Below the pieces are notes generated by a model. That model saw only the letters and a list, made by a program, of their open reading frames with translations. It was not told the origin of the DNA and searched no databases. A stretch of 64,000 nucleotides of DNA from Lama glama (lineage: Eukaryota), in NCBI GenBank assembly GCA_028534125.1, contig CM052817.1, forward strand, positions 20,772,001-20,836,000. Reading direction: 5' to 3'. The translations under genes and the position numbers were made by a program. Shown here one piece after another: positions 38,004 to 50,600 of this stretch. The first letter of the stretch is position 1; the number at the start of each line of letters is the position of its first letter.

Positions 38004-39407
38004 AATTATCACTTTAAAATAATTTATGACCTACGTTGTGTAGGTCAGTATGCCGGGCACTGGAAAGAAAAGTGGTATTTTGTCTGAAATCAGGCTTAGA
38101 AGACAGCTTTCCTCTGGTGCTGTAAACTCCATTTCCTTTGCAGGATTTTACTGTCAAGATTTTCAATCCAAAACATGAAAAGATCAATCTAAATTAAATC
38201 TGGATTGAGGATACATACAAACAGATGTTAGGGGAGGCTCAGAATAGAGATACATTTTGAGAATATATTAAATGTTTAAAAATTTGTATTTGTTTATACC
38301 ACAGATGGGGAAGTTGAGAAATTCTTATTTAAAAAGTAGTACTAGCTTGTGTTTACATAACACTTCATAGTTTCAAAGTCTTTATACTTCCAATATTTCA
38401 TATGAGACTCAGAATAATTCTTGAGGTAAACAAAGCAGCCACTTTCCCAAGTGTGTGAACGAAGTAAGAGCCAAGTGGATGAGAGACCTGCATAGATCTT
38501 GCGTAGGACAGGTGTGAGCTCAAACCCTCACTTTCTGTTCTGCTTTTCAAAGACCTTTCTACTGTGCTCGGCAGCTTTGTTATCTTCTGTCTAGAAAAAA
38601 TAAGGCCAAAGTAAGTTGAACTATTTGGATTATAAAGAGAAATTAATTGTAAGCCTTACACTGAAGTTTAAAATAAAATGAAACTCACCGGTGTTGTGTG
38701 GTGCTGTATGAATTATCGAGAAAAGACACAGAATTTGTTTTGTGAAAATATTTAGAGAGCATCATATGACAGAAGCAATCGTTTATCAAGTGCTAACTAT
38801 GAACCAGATAGTTTCTCCAGGGATATTATTATGTCCATTTTAGAAATGAGAAGATATACTCAGTGTTCCTACTCTATCAATCAGGACTGTTAATTTTCAT
38901 TCATAGAAGCCGCTCTAGCTCATTTAAGGATTTTATTTAAGGATGGTAGTAATTCTCCAGCTCTCCGTGAGGTCAGGGGAATCTGGCTTAGAGGCTGGGC
39001 AGCCAGGACCTGTGCATGCCCTGGGGCACCCTTCAGAGATCCCGCAGTTTGTGACACAGACAGGGACCATGCAGATCACGTGGGAGGCCAACAAGGGGAG
39101 CCCTGCCATCTGTCCCTCTGCTGTGCTCTACCAGCCTTCATCCGAGAATGAATTATTCATAGTCTCTTCTCTGAGTGAAAAAAACCTCACGGAGGTGCAT
39201 CTCATTCATTAAGTCTTCGCCACATCACAGAATCACATCAGTCACATGAGTGAGTTGAAGGGAAGCTGGGAAAACAAGTTCTCAAGTTCTGGCTTTTTTT
39301 TTTTTTTTCCCCATGAAAGTAGTATTGATAAAGAGGTAAATTCCCCAAACAAAGGACTTCTGATTAAAAATGATCGCCAAAATCAGGACACATGTCTACC
39401 CTGCCAC

Positions 39408-39931
39408 TGTGGTAGATTTTAGAAGTGGCCGTAAATTCATTCTTTACATAGACTCAGGCCTTTACTGTGTGAGGATTGAAGCTCCTTCTATCAAAAGGTA
39501 GAGCGTTTTCCCCCAAACCTTGAGTCTGAGCAGGGCATGAGACCTGCCTGCACAGTGTAGTGAGGTACAAAGGGCACTGCGCCCCTTCCAAAGCCTGCAC
39601 CTCCAGACGCTTTCTGCACGTCCGCTCTCCCTCTAAGAACTCTGCTATCCCGGGGGAGCACCAGCAAGCTCACGTCCTGAAGGACGGAGACTGCACGAAG
39701 TAGACGGTGACACCACAGCCTGGGCCCAGACATACGCGAGGGTCACACAAGGGACCCCAGGCCACCCGCAGTTGACCGCGGATGCCTGCATGAGCTCCAC
39801 TGGACAGCCAACCTGGGCTACATCAGAAGACCCCCCTCAACCCACCTGCAGACCATGAGCCCCTTTATTCTTGACCTTATGAGCTACTAAAACTTAAGGT
39901 GGTTTGTATGCAGCAAAAGCCATATGATAGA
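39408..39931 (+). mobile_element. MLT1H/G-like MaLR solo LTR
   Basis: Starts tgtggtagattttagaagtggccgtaaattc and ends gctactaaaacttaaggtggtttgtatgcagcaaaagccatatgata. Confidence 0.8.
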
Positions 39932-41269
39932 CTTACAGAAACGTTATTTCCATCTCCATAAGGCATTCCTGTGCAGAATGCTCTTCACACACTAAAGTTC
40001 TTTTGGAAGGCAGGTGTGGGCAAGATGAAGGTTTTAGATCGTACGACAGACACTTTGCATGGCTCTTCAAGCACACTTGTACTTGGCATTGTGCACAGGT
40101 TTCACTGTGCACTTGATTGCCTTAAGGGACAGCCAAACAGGGATTTCCTTCATATGTTCTGAAATTACTCTAATGCCAATAGAGCTTTTTATCACAGCCT
40201 TCTAATGTAAGTTGATATATTTATTTTCTCACTCTGTTTAACTGTGTATTGCAGTGTTCTTTTCTTATCCGAATAGCCCCTCAATAGCTGTTTACTGTAA
40301 TATTCGCAACTTGGTCTCCTCCCTGACAGCAGGGTAATACAGCTTAATGAAATATTTGTAAAGCCCAATGAACTGCACAGAAGAAATGTGCTTTTAAGTT
40401 CTAAATGATGTTTCTTACTAACACCATTAATAACATATTTTTTCTGCATCTCTGTAGCTTGCAGTTTCACTCAACCAACTCTGCACCTTGGAGTCACCCC
40501 AAATGAAATGTCAGGTGTATGAATGTCTCACAGAGAAAAACTATCAAAGTCAAACGCACTGTAGAAGCTGTCCTAAACCGGTTTGGGTCTTCAACTGGTT
40601 TGGGAATTACCTGAGAAAATGGCAAATTGCTAAAATACTTTCCAGTAATGTTTCTTGTCTTCATAATGATCATGATGCTTTAAAACCTCTTTTCACCTGG
40701 CATTATTTAGATATTATTATTCAATTGCATCACATTGTTAATGGCATACGATAATGTATCTCTAAGTTCTCCTCTGTTAGGATCTGTCATATCTGAGATC
40801 ATGCTGAGCCCAATGGATCACAAGCTGTTGAAGCCAAAAGAAACTTTTAAGTTAATACATATTAAGAGTTAAATATGATGCCTGGAAAGGAGTAATTAGG
40901 CAATAAACATTAGTTTCTAGTATTATTATTACTGTTATTATTAAACTTTCTCATTTTAAAGATGAGAAAATTGAAGCTTCTACATAACTATTGCCAGTAA
41001 TGTATTACATAATATGGAAATAATTTTTCCACTGAGTAATACATTGCTAAAACCCATTCATATTCCTGGATATAGCTACTGATCATTTATTTTGACTGCT
41101 ATATAATATTCCATGAAGAATACACTGCACTTAATTATTCATACTTGCTCACTGTCTCTAAATCTACTTTAAGTTCTCCAATCAAACTACATGTTTTGTT
41201 TGCATATACATCAACTCTTTCTTAAAATTAACTCACACTTTCCTTGACTACAGCTTAATCTTCATTTCT

Positions 41270-41527
41270 CAGGGAATCATTCATTGCTTTCTCTGATGGC
41301 ATTAATTCTCCTTATTGAAAATGTACGTACTTCTCCACTGAAGTAATGTTTTATTTGTGGGTTTTATTTCCTGATTATTCTATCAGTCTTTCTCCTCCAC
41401 TGTATTATAATCTTCATCAGGGGAAAGCCTATACCTTTTTTTTTTATTATTATTATTTATTCCTTAGCACCTAACACAGCACTTGGTACTTAGTACATAC
41501 TTTTTAACAGAATGGATGCAGTGAATG
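41270..41527 (+). mobile_element. L2 3' end
   Basis: tccttagcacctaacacagcacttggtacttagta...gaatggatgcagtgaatg. Confidence 0.7.
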
Positions 41528-42772
41528 TTTCTCATTAATATTTTTGTTTGTGTAAGTTCTCCTAAGACAACTCAAAGAATTGTTGCACTCTATCTAGGCA
41601 GAAGTGGTTACAAACACAGATGGAACAGATGAAGGAGCGTAAAGATGTGAAAACAACTGGCATCTGGGTTATTTCCAAAACCAACTGCAACAAAACACTG
41701 GCAAGAACCATATAGAGACGAATAGGGACATAGACAGAACAGTAATGAATTGATATTTGGTTTGCCATGTCTCATGCCTTTGATCTGGGTCAAATTGTTG
41801 AGAATTGAAAAAGGTGTGTAGTCTAGCTCTTTTGTCGTTGTTGTTTTTAATTTGAAAACTGAGAGAGCTAGAGTAAATCACTTTAATGTGTTTTCCAGAG
41901 CTTCCGTTTTAGGAATTTGTGTTTTGCATACACATATTAATTAATTCATTTATAATAATGCTGTTTTCCATCTTTATAAGTTTTTTTTTGTAGGTAACCT
42001 AGTTCTATCAATGAACTTATACTCAGTATTACTGTGCACATGAAACCTTAATACCTGCTGTCTTGACTCTGTTTTGCCAGAAGAGAGATACTAACATAAG
42101 ATCATCCTGTTCCTGCAGTGTTTCTTGAAGGACTTTATCATCATCTACTTCTTCAGGTGAATATTAAAGCTTTTAGTCTCAAAAAAAAAAAAACTGCCGT
42201 ATCTCTCTCTTATAACTATGTTCATTCTTAAATTTAAAAAAAAATTCTTCTAAAATTAATAGTCTCCATGGCCATGTAAGTTATAGGACACCCTCTGGCA
42301 TCCTGCTTGATTATGTTCACTAAAAATTCCTCTTAAAAACTACAGAACAATGTTGGCTTCGTTCCTATTAGCAAAAGTCACTGATTTCTGATAAACTTTC
42401 GCAATCCGGTTCTAAGCTCCAGCTTTGCCATTGGTTTGTTCTGCTTCTTATGTTCCGTCTCCTCACGATCTGACCACAGATGGAGCGAGATTACTCTCTT
42501 CATCTCCTTCTAGAGAAAATCACCTCCTGTGGTTTAGACCAAGCAAACATGAAGCAGTTTTAAAGGTATTCTTATTTCAAAAGGCATTGGAGGATATAAA
42601 TGATCAATATTTTAAAAATTAAAAACTGTCCTAAAACTTTTATTTTAAACCTCTCCCTTATAAGATATTACGTCTGCCTTTACAGTGTACTAAGATCTTA
42701 CATCAGTTATATTGTCACAAAGTGGAAGCTGAATGCATCCCTTTACCTGCCACTTTCTATTCAGAGTTTACT

Positions 42773-42806
42773 TGCAGTCACCTGGCCTTACCACTAGATG
42801 GTGGTA
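42773..42806 (+). promoter_or_regulatory. Candidate CTCF binding site with upstream module
   Basis: Core CCACTAGATGGTGG at 42791-42804, with TGCAGT starting 18 nt before the core CCAC. Confidence 0.55.
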
Positions 42807-43194
42807 AAACTAGTAAGGCATTCAACGTGCCTGGGGCAGGAAACCAGAGAATGAGCACAAAGAAGTGAAGTTTAGGGGTTTATTGGGCATAACATAATAA
42901 ATAAATTAGCGAAATATGAGAACAGGAGGTTCCTGAACTCAGAATGATGAGGTGTTTTTTCATTCTCATTTCTGTTCCTTAATTCTCAACTGAGCTGAAT
43001 ACTTTTAAATATTTTCCTTTTCAAATTTAATTGTCAATTGAACTTTCAAAAAAATACTAAAATGTTACTTAAATTTTCTCTTCTCTTTGATTTGAATTGT
43101 ATCATTATTTTTGAAAACGGTTTGTAGAAGATGGGTTTTGTGGGTTATGTTCATGAACAGCTCACTCTGTGTATGTTAATAAGTATGTAATATT

Positions 43195-43246
43195 TCTATC
43201 TAGCTAGCTATCAATCCATCTATCTAGCTAGCTAGCTAGCTATCTA
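43195..43246. repeat. Compound (TAGC)n/(TATC)n microsatellite
   Basis: Direct read. Confidence 0.85.
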
Positions 43247-43342
43247 ATCTTATATCCCCAACTTAAAGATTCAGAAATTAAATTATTTACCCTTTTTTAA
43301 ATTCCCCACAGCAACTACTACTGACATATAAACATAGCCAGT

Positions 43343-43803
43343 TGTATCAGTCAGGATTCTCCAAAGAAACAGACCAATAAGCCATATACAGATATAACAG
43401 AAACACATTTATTATGGCTGGCTTACATGAGTGTGGAGGCTGAGGAGTCCCATGTCTGGCTGTCTGCAAGCTGGCGGCCTAGGAAAGCCAGGGGTGTAAT
43501 TCCTGTCCAAACCCAAAGGCCGGAGAATCAGGAGTGCTGATGTCCGTGGGCAAGAGAAGAAGGATATTCCAGTTCAAGTAAAAAAAAGAGCAAATTCGTT
43601 TTTTTTGGTTCTATCAGGCCCTCAACAAATTGTAATTTGCTCACTAACATTGGTAAGGCAGTCTTTTTCACTCGGTCTTCTTATTCAAATGCTGATCTTT
43701 TCCAGAAAACCTTCCTTCACAGACACATCCATAAATGATGTTTTACTAGCTACCTAGACATCCCTTAGCCCAGCCATGCTGACACACAGGATTAACCATC
43801 ACA
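43343..43803 (-). mobile_element. MLT2 solo LTR
   Basis: tgtatcagtcaggattctccaaagaaacagacc...gctgacacacaggattaaccatcaca. 5-bp TSD ccagt/acagt. Confidence 0.9.
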
Positions 43804-44582
43804 ACAGTGCCCCACAGATTCTTGTTGAAAGATATGCTGTTCTGACTCCTGTTCAGATCTTCCACCAATTATGTACTCTATTCTGGACAGGTCACCTGAC
43901 CCCAGCGTTTTTGGACCATTGACCCTATGAAATCCACAGGCAATGGTCTCTAAGGAAATTAGCAAGGCCAAGTCTTGGAAGAGATGACCTCAGTATCTCC
44001 CCAGCTTAGACACTTGAGGTAGGACATGCTGTAATCTCTCCAGTCTTCCCCTGGAGTGTGTCCACTGCTCTCCCTTCTTACTGTTGTCCCACTTCGAGGC
44101 CTCATTGTTGCTTGTTCTATTTTGCAGCTTAGTTGCTTTTCAGTAGGGGGTTTTGCCTTTCTGTGGTGGGTGTCCTCAGCTGAGTATAATTACGGACTCT
44201 CCCACATGGCCTTTCTTCACGTCTTCCAAAATATCTCCACCATAAGTTGTTAAAGAAAGCAGGAGGCGAGTGGGTGAGGTCTTAATGAATATCACCTGCA
44301 GTTCCATCGTTCCAGAATAATATGCAAAGAAAAGGACAGGTCTTCTTTTGAGCAGCCAAATGTTTAAGAAAATAGCAACCTTCACTATGATAAGCCATTC
44401 TTCATCCAGGAAGCATGAGAAAAATATCGTGGTCGTGCATTTTCTCCCTTCGGTCAACTCTTCCTCTTTTTCTGTTCCATAACACAGCAGTTCAAAGAAT
44501 TAAATACAACATATACTTTCTTCATGAGACTCTAAAATCCTAAAGGCAGGAACTTGAAAATCTGTATCCCTGTCGTCTGAAC

Positions 44583-44802
44583 CAGGAGTCTAAACTAAAG
44601 CCCCTTGGGCCTAATTTGTCCTGCCACCTGTTTTTGTAAATAAAGTTTTATTGGCATAAGCCACAGCCATTCATTTATGCTTGCCTGTGATTGCTTCTTG
44701 CACTACAAGGCAGAAGGAAGTAGCCGTGACAGAGGACTTGTAGCCTGTAAGGCTTAACATATTTACTTTTTTGGCCTTTACAGAAAAAGTCTGCCAATGC
44801 AG
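44583..44802. mobile_element. MER58A (hAT-Charlie MITE), inserted into an L2 3' end
   Basis: ctgccacctgtttttgtaaataaagttttattgg...tatttactttttggcctttacagaaaaagtctgcca. Confidence 0.9.
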
Positions 44803-45203
44803 ATTTGGTAATTAAAAAAAAAACTTTGTTAAATAAATGAATTGATGGAGATTATTATCATATTGATGCAAATCTTGACTATACATAAAAATGCTGTTGG
44901 TTAAAATTGTATTTTTGCTTAAAATATGAGTCAAGAGATAATTAGTAAGTTATCTACAAAGAGTACAAGGCCAAATATGTTACTTGATTTAATCAGCTTA
45001 CCAAAATGGCCATAGTAGCCTTTGTCTTTTTGTGGGTTGTTTTGGAACCTGAAATTTCTGAGTGCTTTAATTACCTTTCCAAATTGTGATTCATTTTTGT
45101 ATCATATGGACTAAGTGTTACTGAAATGTGTTATTAAGGTTAGTTCCATGAAGAAGCAGTAATAATTTCTTGGCATATAAATCATATAATCAAGTGAGAT
45201 CAG

Positions 45204-46066
45204 TTTTTTTTAATAGATTTTATTTTTTACAGCAGCTTTAGGTTCAGAGTGAAATTGAGCAGCAGATACAGAGATTTCTCATGTACCTCCTACCCCTACA
45301 CAGTACCACCTCCTCCACTCAATATCTTTCCCCTCCCCCAGAGAGGGACATTTGTTACAGCTGATGAACCTACACTGACATATTACCCAAAGTCCATAAA
45401 TAACATTAGGGTTCACTCTTGGTGTTGTATATTCTGTAGGTTTAAACAAATGTATAATGCCATGTGTCCACAATTATAGTACCATACAGAGTAGTTTCCC
45501 TGCCCTAAAAAGTTCTCTGTGCTCTATCTATTTATCTCTTCCTCCCTCCTAACTCCTGGTAACCACTAATTTAATTATTGTCTTCATAGTTTGTCTTTTA
45601 TAGAATGTCATACAGTTGGAATCATACAGTAGGTAGGCTTTTCAGATCGGCTTCTTCCACTTAGTGATATGTGATTGAGTTTCCTCTGTATCTTTTTATA
45701 CCTTGATAGCTCATTTCTTTTTAGCCTTCTGAATAATATTTTATTGTCTGGATGTACCATGGTATATTTATCCATTCATCTACTAAAGGATATCTTGGTT
45801 GCTTCCAAGCTTTGGCAATAATGAATAAAGCTGCTATAAACATGTATGCACAGGTTTTTGTGTGGACATAAGTTTTCAACTCATTTGGGTAAATACCAAG
45901 GAGTGCAATTGCTGGATTGTATGGTAAGACTATGTTTAGTTTTGTAAGAAACTGCCAAACGGTCTTCTAAAATGGCTCTACCACTTTGCATTTCCACTGG
46001 TAATGAATGAGAGTCCAGCATTCGGTGCTGTCAATGTTTTAGAGTTTCACCATTCTAATAGGTGTG
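45204..46066 (-). mobile_element. L1MC1-like 3' end (3'UTR plus ORF2 C-terminus)
   Basis: ttttttaatagattttattttttacagcagctttaggttca...catttgttacagctgatgaacctacactgaca...gtaagaaactgccaaac. Confidence 0.9.
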
Positions 46067-47125
46067 GTTTTGTTTTCAAAGATAAGATTTTTCAATGCTT
46101 TCAAAAATTTAAAAATAGACTCTGAATATCTGGGGATGTGGTAGAACATACACTTCTCAAAATACACTGATCATTGGAATGCATTACTTTAGGATTGTTT
46201 ATAGAATGAATGTTCCCAGACAACTGCTGAGAGCCTTATTGTGTCTCTGTGCCTAGCATCATGCCTGGCTCATAGCAACTGTCTGTGGATATTTGTTGAA
46301 TCAATGAATTCTTGAGGTTGGAACTCAGAGAGAAATCTGGGTTCGCTGAAGTTTGAATGAATCCAGATATAGCGAAATAACCTTGAGCCTGCTTACTAAA
46401 AAGAAAGCCAGCACTCAAATGCAGAAAATCCCAAGGCTTAAGCTGAACTATTTATTATATAAATGTTCTATTTTAATAAAATAGGTTAATTAAATGGTTA
46501 ATTTTAGCATTAAAAAATAAATAGACATCTGAGACCAATTAATAGCTTTTTTTTGAGAGCCCGTACATTCGGCCAATACTTCATAACAATGCAGTTTTCT
46601 TTGGCAGCCAGTAGTTTGTTGATGGCCGTTTTCTTTGTCAGAACTGTTATCAAACTGTGCTATTAAAAGAGATTTATTTGGTAAGATCTGGGTGGATCTG
46701 TAACAAATAAGCAGACGGTCCAAGCTGTTGTCTAAAGTACAAGAGTTTGAAGAGACTTTTCTTTATCCTCTTGGCGTAAGCCACATTTTACCATATTTTG
46801 AATATGATCTGAGCAAGGCTTCCCAAATGCATCTCATACAATTATACATTTAAGTTAGCATTTTATTTTGAAAAGAATGTTTTTGTAACTTTGTATTTGG
46901 CTTCATATATTCATCTAATACATGATTTTTGTTGGCTTAAACACTTTTCCCCAGCACTTATTCTAAATAGCAAATTGATGTTGTTCCATTGTACAAATGG
47001 GGAAGCTAAATTCTGGAGCAGGTTTCAATGCTATTTTAACACTGAGAGTATAAAACAGAGTGGTGTTTATGAATTTAAATATTGATCTGCCTTTCAAGCT
47101 AAACTTTTTTGTGAAAATTCAATTG

Positions 47126-47625
47126 NNNNNNNNNNNNNNNNNNNNNNNNNNNNNNNNNNNNNNNNNNNNNNNNNNNNNNNNNNNNNNNNNNNNNNNNNNN
47201 NNNNNNNNNNNNNNNNNNNNNNNNNNNNNNNNNNNNNNNNNNNNNNNNNNNNNNNNNNNNNNNNNNNNNNNNNNNNNNNNNNNNNNNNNNNNNNNNNNNN
47301 NNNNNNNNNNNNNNNNNNNNNNNNNNNNNNNNNNNNNNNNNNNNNNNNNNNNNNNNNNNNNNNNNNNNNNNNNNNNNNNNNNNNNNNNNNNNNNNNNNNN
47401 NNNNNNNNNNNNNNNNNNNNNNNNNNNNNNNNNNNNNNNNNNNNNNNNNNNNNNNNNNNNNNNNNNNNNNNNNNNNNNNNNNNNNNNNNNNNNNNNNNNN
47501 NNNNNNNNNNNNNNNNNNNNNNNNNNNNNNNNNNNNNNNNNNNNNNNNNNNNNNNNNNNNNNNNNNNNNNNNNNNNNNNNNNNNNNNNNNNNNNNNNNNN
47601 NNNNNNNNNNNNNNNNNNNNNNNNN
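47126..47625. other. Assembly gap (500 N)
   Basis: Direct read. Confidence 1.
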
Positions 47626-50600
47626 TTCTTTTGGAATCAGTGTTTTTCCTTTTTTCGCAAAGGCAAATGAGTTTTCCTTTAGTCATCTTTCTGGCATTTT
47701 TCTGATTCTCGCATCCTTTCCCTCCCTATGATTGCTATTCTTGAGTACAATGCCTGTCCCTGATGAGTGATGCTGAGAATCATGAATTTATACGTGATAC
47801 TCAGAATGTTATATAAAATTGTATTCCTTTCTATTTCATGGAAATTGCCATTTCTGTTAACATTTAAGAAAGGAAACACCAAGTTATGTATAAGAATGTC
47901 TGGTTGGGATGGGTTCTGCACACCTGGATACAGATACGGGACATATGGAACGTGTGGCATGCAATGGTATCCGCTGATGGCTAGAAATGAACCACTGAAG
48001 AGTACAGTTTCCCTACATGTTAAAAGACACCTAGGTGCAGAGAATCCCAATTTATTAACGTTAATGAGTAACAGATGGTTGTTAAATGCCCAAACACTGT
48101 TAACTGGACACTTTAAAAAATGATGCAGTGGAAGTCTCATGCCTTCTTCAGCCTGCTGAAAACTTGTTAGATTTCAGGTGCTTCTTAGCTTAATGGAATG
48201 TGATTGACTATCAGAAAAAAATAACCAGAGTTTGAAGCAAGACAGCTCTGAATTCAAGTCCTGCTTTTGATGATTATTGGTTTGGGGAAAAGTATTTAAT
48301 CTTTCTAATTGCCAACGTGAGATGATAATGCAGCTATCCTCTGCTTAACGTCTTTAATCTGTTTCAGAGAAACAGGATTTGCTGCTAGTATCTTCATGGG
48401 GAGCATTTTTTTAGTTCTTCCTTAAGTGCTGTATTGCTTGACCTCTCTATCAAAGTTTATCCAAAAAGTAAATTATTTTTGCAGAAGCAAGGAATAAAGC
48501 AAATTGTAGAATAGAAATAAGACGTGTCACATTTTCACCTTGGTTGGGGAAGGAAGGGAAGAGTGGGCTGGAGGAAGTCCGATAGCAGTGCTGTTCACTA
48601 CCAGGGCGTCAATTCTAGGTACTCTTAAGTTGTTTCTGTTTAGTGTCACCATTATTCAGGTGAACAGGCACATACCTTGGTCTAAACGCTGATTCTATGA
48701 ATTCTTAGCTAAATCTGCAAGTAGGAAAACAAATCAAGGGATGAAGGACTTAAGAATCGGGAAATTTCAAGTTGTCGAAGCAATCGAAAAAAAGGTACTG
48801 CCAAGAGAATTGTTATGGAACACTAAACAAGTGAGTTAGGTAACCAGAACCCTGAAAACATGCTCAAATGCACAAACTCACTTCCTATTCAGTGAAAGCT
48901 TAGTCAGTGTAAGTCCAATATATCAGCTAAACTATTTTTAATGCCCTCAGCATCACTTGATTACCTTGACTGTTGATCTTACTACCGTATCGTATCTCAA
49001 TATTTACAGCTTATTCTCATGTTAAATGGACTAGACAGTATCTCTAAGTTTTTGGCTTGAGGTGAGAAGGAATGGAGGGGATTAAGGCATTTTTTTAATC
49101 TCAGGAAATGTAGTTTAACACGGGGGTAAAAAGTATGGTAAGTATGGGGTAATGCAAATGTGACAGGTGGTTTTTGACTCCTTGTGAATAGGGGTGGCTC
49201 ACAGATACATAAATGGGGGACAATGCTGTGATTTACAATTAATGATTTAAATCTTTAAATTGTGGCCATTTAAACATGTTGGTAGAAATGCCCTTATATA
49301 ATATATCTCCATATTTCTGTGGTTTTTGAAATTTATTTCTTTCATGTGTAGAAGAGCCCCAAGGTACCATGAAAGCTTATCGTTCTCTGCGGGAACATTA
49401 CAGCATTGTTGGCAAAGCCATGGAATCCAAATCTTGCTTAATTGACAATGGAAAGAGGCCATTTAATAGGTACAAAAACAAGATTTTGGGGTAAAACATG
49501 GAACCAAGTGAAATAACTAAAAATTTTTAATAGGAAGGTATTTCCCAGTGTCATAGTATTTCCTTTTTATTTTCTGTTTTTCTTTTTTGTCAATATCTGG
49601 ATCTAAGTTTATCTCACTTGGACTAATACCATGGGTTGAGTGCAAGGATTTTTTTTTTCACAATATATCAAAGTCTAATAAATAATTGAAAATAAATGCC
49701 GATCTGTGTTAGCCTCTTTCTGGAAATAATTCAATTGATGTCTAGCTGGAAACAATTATACTTAGATTATAAAATCTAAAAGCTTATGAGATACTAGGTT
49801 TCTACACCCCAAATTTTGGGGGGATGGAAAGACAAAAAAGGCCAAAATAATAACCATATTTTTGCTTTCTGCTATTCATCCATTTTAAAAAAAATATTTA
49901 CTGAGGATAAAATATACCAGATTCTGTGTAAGGTGAGAAGTAGCAATTATAACAATGAACCAAACAATTACTGTCATGATGTAAATTTTTGTCAATTGAA
50001 GTTTCAAGATCTAGGTATAATGAGAATAAATTATAAAGCACTAAGAAAGTGGGGAAGCATGCACACATAATTTCTTCTAGAAATGAAAAAAAGCAATTAA
50101 AATTCTGGGTAAAACAGGAATAAAAGAATTTTTAAAGTGTGAACATAGAGCAAACTGTAATATGGTTTGATTTTAAAACATTAGGGAATTGAGACAGAAT
50201 TTGTCACATCATAGGTGCTCAATAACTATTTGATGGATGAAATAATTAATTAATTAATGAAATACAATGTATTTGAGTAGCACAGCAATTGTAAAATTAT
50301 AACCACAGAAGAAAAACTTCAGCTACTAAAGAGAATGTACATGTGATCTGTCTTGTAAATATTCTACTTTGTAGACAGTCTCAAATAATTTCTCTCCCAA
50401 GTACTTGTTACATATATACAAATGCATAAGTGACAGTTGTTTAGAACTGAAAGTAGATACTATAAAGAACTTTAAGAAATGAAGCAGCATTGGAATATTT
50501 AGCTTACAAAGCTCTTACTGATTGCTGCTCAACATTCATAGCCATAAGAAACAGACAAAATAATAGATTATTAAAATTTATAAAATTAATCTATAGAACT

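Noticed and set aside
42081..42156. Possible coding exon (ccag|AAG...CAG|gtgaat)
   Set aside because: Stops in all three frames and only a moderate donor.
47060..47731. Longest ORFs in the track (223 and 195 aa), and those at 56969-57302
   Set aside because: Artefacts of translating through N gaps.
47679..48140. Overlapping 153-aa and 118-aa ORFs
   Set aside because: No recognisable domain or exon structure; within chance expectation for a 64 kb window.
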